Shown here piece after piece: positions 58,889-64,000 of a stretch of 64,000 nucleotides of DNA. The stretch is from positions 1,302,001 to 1,366,000 of the forward strand of contig MCFH01000003.1 in NCBI GenBank assembly GCA_002104945.1. The letters run 5' to 3'. The translations under genes were made by a program, and so were the position numbers. Within the stretch, counting starts at the first letter, position 1; every line of letters begins with the position of its first letter. Origin of the DNA: Piromyces finnis finn. Its lineage: Eukaryota > Fungi > Neocallimastigomycota. Below the pieces are notes generated by a model. It did not search any database. It had not been told where the DNA came from and was given only the letters and a program-made list of their open reading frames with translations.

Positions 58889-59692
58889 TTAATTTTCAAT
58901 AAGGTATTTTAAAGTAGCTTCTAAATCACCATTGTTTTGTTGTAAGTACTTTTCGGCATCATCTTTGCTGATATCCATTTCATTCATCTTTTTATATATA
59001 TTTTAAAAAAATAATCTAAATTAATATCATTATATATAATACCTTTTTACATATATTAAATTAACTTACAACGACATCAACATCATCCTTATTTATTTTG
59101 ACATCTTGCTTTTTACTATATAATAAATTTTTGTATTTTATATTTTATTATAAATTAAGAAATTCTAAATTATAAATTTTTATTAATGAAATTTTAATTA
59201 CTCATTAACTAAAGCCTTGTTCTTCTTTTTTTCTTCCATTGCTACATTAATAGCCTTAAATATATTATATTTATTATGATATTAATATATTTTATGAGAT
59301 TTAAAATTTATTATAGTCAAGTAAAAGTATTTTTATATAATCATTGAAAAAAAAAAAAAAGAAAAATAAAAAATTAAAAATAAAAAAATTTCTTAATACG
59401 TGAAATAATACATTTTAATACATAATACAATTAAAAATAAAAATAAAAAAAAAAAAAAAAGAAAATCACCTTGTTTAATTTATCTTCATCATGAGCATGA
59501 TTTAATTCATCAAAATAGTCATTAATATTTTTTAAATCCTAAAATTTAAAATTTTCTATAATTTTAGTAAAGTATTCTAAAATTATTATTATTTTATAAA
59601 TTAATTCATACCTTAGAGGCCATTCCTTGGTGACCATTTTGTTGTTGTTCTTCTTCACCTTCAGTGTTTGACTTTTCCTTGTTATTTGACAT
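58889..59692 (-). CDS. HYPK: HYPK-like protein (NatA/NAC-associated, C-terminal UBA-like domain)
   Basis: Five short exons: MSNNKEKSNTEGEEEQQQNGHQGMASK|DLKNINDYFDE..|..|QDVKINKDDVDVV|MNEMDISKDDAEKYLQQNNGDLEATLKYLIEN*. Confidence 0.8.
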
Positions 59693-60748
59693 TTTATTTA
59701 AATATTTACTATTGAAATAATTAGTATTCAAAGTATTTTTATTTTTTTCATTGTATTTTTATTTCAAAAAATGTATAATATTACATTACATTTTGATTGG
59801 TTATCCATTGAAATCTTTTCATTCAAAATTTATATGAACTTAAATAATTTAAAATTAATTAAAAAGTTACTTTTAAAAACTATAAAATTATTCTCTTGCT
59901 GCTTTTTATATGGAAGATATTGGGAACAATCGTTATAGAAATATAATTATAGCATATTATTGTAATTAGTTATTTTTTTATATTTGATGCACTACTTATG
60001 ATTAAATACTTTTTTTTTTTTTTTTTTTTAAAAGAAACCATCTTTTTAAATTTTCAATTTGAAAAATTTTGTAATCATATCATTATAATTATTTAGTATA
60101 TGACAGTTAATGGATATAATGGACATCCATTGATATTTTAACAAGGATATTTATTATTAGTAGCATGATCAATATCATGTTTTTTTTCTTTTATTAAAAT
60201 TTTCATTTTATTTTATTTTATTGATATCTTTATATGATAAAAGTGTATATAAAATATAAAATATAAAAATATACTATTTTGTTAATATTAGAATAGTATA
60301 TTTTCATTGTAATAATTTAAATAGTTAATAATTTTAAAAAAAGAAATGTAGACCCATTATAAAATAATTTATACCTTTTTTAAAAATTTAAAAAAAAAAT
60401 TAAGGGAATAATGAAATTTTTTCATAAAATTATTTTTTAAATCTTATACTAATAATATTGAAATTGTATAAATTAAGATTTATAATATTAATAGATATAA
60501 TACAATAAAGGTTTATATTTTATAAACCTTAAACTTTATTAGAAGTGTAATTTTTATAATTCATTATAAAATAATGTTACTCACAATTAAAAGACAATAT
60601 TTGAATTTCAAAAGAAAACTACAAATACTTTATTCATTATACATTTTTTTTTTTTTAACAAAAAAATAACAGTAGTTAATATATATAAATATTTTAGAAG
60701 ACTTTTTTTAGAATAGTAGGTTGCTGTTAAAATATAGCAATTTAGGAG

Positions 60749-63700
60749 ATGCCAAACCAGATCTTTTTAAGGATTACCTGTGATAAAACAGGAAATAATA
60801 AGACATTAGAAGTAATTTATTAAACTATTATTATTATTACTTTTTTTTCTTTTTTTTCGAAATAATATATTTTAATCATGGTAATTTTTTTTTTTTCTTT
60901 AAAAATACAAAAAGTTTAACGATGAACTTCGGGTATCAGAAGTGTATGAAAAATTAAATGAAAAATTTGGAGTGAGCCCAGAGGAAAATTTCATGCTATA
61001 TCGTCCATCTAAGAAAATGTATTTAAACTCTGGTAGAATATTATATTCATACGAATTTTCAAATGAGGAATCATTAATATATAGATCTCCAATAAGAATG
61101 ATAAAAATTAAATTAATGGATAATGCTACAAAGTTATTTTCTGTAAATGACTCAGAACCCATTTCAAATATTTTAGATATAGTGTTAGATAAAATTAAAA
61201 TTAGTAAGTATTAATATATATTTATGTTAGTTTGTATTATAAAATATTATTAAATACTAACTTTTTAAAAAATTTTAAAAAAATAAAAGATATTGATAGT
61301 AAAGATGAATATTGCTTTGTAAAAGATGACCCTGATTTTGATAAAAAAAAAGTTGATAAAAATGCTCCAAAATATTCATGTTTAGCAACAAAAAATATAA
61401 AATGGTTGGATCCAACTCAAACTCTATGCTATGAAAATATTGAAGCAAATGATGTTCTTGTTTTAAAAAAAAAGTTATTTTACACTGATGAAAGATTAAA
61501 TAGAAATGATAAAGTTCAAGTTAATTTAATTTATAATCAAGTTAAGGAGTCTATTATAAATGGTGTGAATCCATGTACATTAGAAGAAGCTATTTTATTA
61601 GCAGCTATTCAATGTCAAGTTCAATATGGTGATTGTGATTTAGAAAAAGTTAAAGTTAATAATATAATAAAGTAAGAACTTTTAAGAGAAAACTAAAAAA
61701 ATAATATATTTATAATACATATTCATTTAATAATAACTATAATAACTAACATATTCTAAACCGAAAATTAAAATAAAATTTTAATATGTAGTATTGATGA
61801 ATGCTTACCCCCTGATTATAGAAAAACCAAAAAAATTGAAAAATTAATTTCAGATGAATATATAAAGTTAAAAGGAATTTCTGAGTTCGATGGAAAATTT
61901 AGATATGTTCAAATGTGTAGATCACTTAAAACATATGGAACAACATTTTTCTTGGTTAAAGTAAAAGCAATTTAATACATATTAGATATAATCATTAAAA
62001 TAATATTAAAATTATAATTTTAACTATATAATATAATATAAATATTATATTTAAATGATTTGTAGGAAAAAAATGCCAAAAAGAAGAATAAACTTATGCC
62101 AATTCTTCTCGGTGTTACAAAAGAATCAATAATAAAAGTTAATCCAGAAACAAAGGAGGTTATTGAAGAATGGAAGTTTAAGACTTTCAAACGTTGGAAT
62201 TATAATAGTACATCGTAAGTTGCTTAACTCTATATAATATAATAAAATGAAATTTATTGAAATGATAATATTTTTAAATAATTATAACTAATTTTTAATA
62301 CATTATATTAAAAATAGATTTACCATAGATTTTGGTGAAAATAAGGATTCAAACTATGTTGTTGAAACTGATCAAGGAGTGGAAATTGCAAAATTAATTA
62401 ATGATTATATTAAACTTTTATTCAAAATGAAAAATAAAACAGAAAAGAAGGAAGAAGTTGAAGAAAAAGAAGAAATAGCACAAGTTACAGAAGAGATTCC
62501 AGTCAGTGTAGTAAAAAATAAGATTGAAGTTGAAGTTAAAAAAGAAGTAGTAGTCAATGATTATTTAGATATATTAAATAGCGCTCTTATGTATCTTAAC
62601 AAAGCGGAAGAATGTATTATACAATCTGTAGCAAATAATAATAATATTTTTTTGAATAAAACTTATTATCAAAACTTTAAAATCATAAGTTCTAATATTG
62701 ATACCACAAATGATAACATTAAAAAGTTAGGACCATTATCTAAGGAGGACGATATTGAAAAAATATGTAATAAAATATTAACAATTGCTAGTTCAATTGA
62801 AGAGATAACAACTTTAGTTGTTTTTAATTCATGCTATTTAATAAATAATAATTTAGCTAGAAATCAAAAAGTTAAGGAGAAGGAATCAAGTTTATTAATA
62901 AAAAATTATTACTTTAAAGGTGGAAAAGATATTAAAAGCAATTCGCTTTATTTTATTCCAGACGATGAATCAGTATGTAGTTCTGTAAAAAGTAGGGATT
63001 CATTGACTCGTGATGAATTAAGTATTGGATCTTTTGATTCAAAAATAAATGATAATAGTGAAAATATCAAATTTATTGCTGATAAAATATTCTTACCCGA
63101 AGAATATAAAGTAATTACACACACTAAATATATTATAGAATCATTAAAGGAAACTATTATCAATAATAATGATTTACAGCGTTACACAATATTAAGTATT
63201 GATACACGTATTATTGTTGAAGTTTTGAATAAACTTAAAATTAATATATATGAAAATATTCCAGGAAAATCTGATTGTAATAGTTTTATAAAGAAAATTT
63301 CTGAAGTAAAAAACAATTTTACTTTACTACAAGAAAATATTACAAATGAGACTATAGATATTGAAGATAATGATGATGAAGAAACCACCGATAACCAATT
63401 TGAAGAACGTTATATTGATATGATTAATAACATTGAAAAAAGTTCAAATATTGTGTTTGATTTATCAAAAGATAACTATATTTCAATGATATCTTCCATA
63501 AGACAACTTCAGGAACATTTTAATGAGGTAAAATAATTTAAAGATAAAAGTAAATCCTTATTAAAAGGTTAATAAACTTATTAACATTTTCATAATATAT
63601 AAATAATTTATAATATTTTTTGAATTAGATGTATCCATATTCATATAAAGTTTGTGTTAAGGAATATAAAAATATGAAAGCTTCAACATATTTAAAAAAA

Positions 63701-64000
63701 TGTACGCTTTTCTTAAATTTGTTTTCATTATATATAAATGATATTAAAAAAATGTACGGTGATTATAAAAATTTAGAAGTCGAAGATCGTGAAGCTTATG
63801 ATAATGCTTATGGTGAACTTCAATCATTAATAGATATGTTGAGAACCATACCAAAACCCGAAATCAAAGAAGAAAAGAAAGAAGTAGAAGAAACATTAAA
63901 CTTCTATAATGATGTATTGGCAGATTCAGATTTAACTAGGTTGAATAAATTGATAGAAATTTTAAATAATTGTCCAGGCTTAAATGATATTCCAAAAAAA
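60749..64000 (+). CDS. Talin-like FERM protein, 5' part (runs past the window end)
   Basis: F0-F3 head: MPNQIFLRITC..; RMIKIKLMDNATK..NDSEPI; KWLDPTQTL..LKKKLFYTDERLNRNDKVQVNLIYNQVKESIING; FRYVQMCRSLKTYGTTFFLVKEK..PILLGVTKESI; FTIDFG..YVVETDQGVEIAKLINDYIKLL. Followed by a helical region too divergent to align by eye. Confidence 0.88.

Overview
Extremely AT-rich, intron-dense eukaryotic DNA, most consistent with an anaerobic gut fungus (Neocallimastigomycota); this is an inference from composition, (AAT)n/(TAAA)n microsatellites, short GT-AG introns and gene content. I spliced the gene models by hand, checking exon phase. Bases 1-18 kb are a rearranged, duplicated accessory block: 3' end of a HECT ligase (+), compact Sen1/Upf1-like SF1 helicase (-), pseudogene remnant, 17-exon MATH-MATH-coiled coil-SH3-HECT ligase (-), a near-identical second helicase (-), and an orphan membrane protein (+). 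The rest holds a TM-SH3 protein, KRE33/NAT10, SNU13, a Spt23/Mga2-like factor, a DDX42-like helicase, a GRIP golgin, an Asi1/3-like TM-RING ligase, HYPK and the 5' part of a talin-like gene. The strongest novelty candidate is 51526-54884, which splices in frame into one 698-aa protein joining a NUDT2-like Nudix domain lacking its catalytic EE pair, two TIS11-type CCCH fingers and an eIF5-type W2 domain. No tRNA, rRNA, CRISPR or intact transposon was supported.
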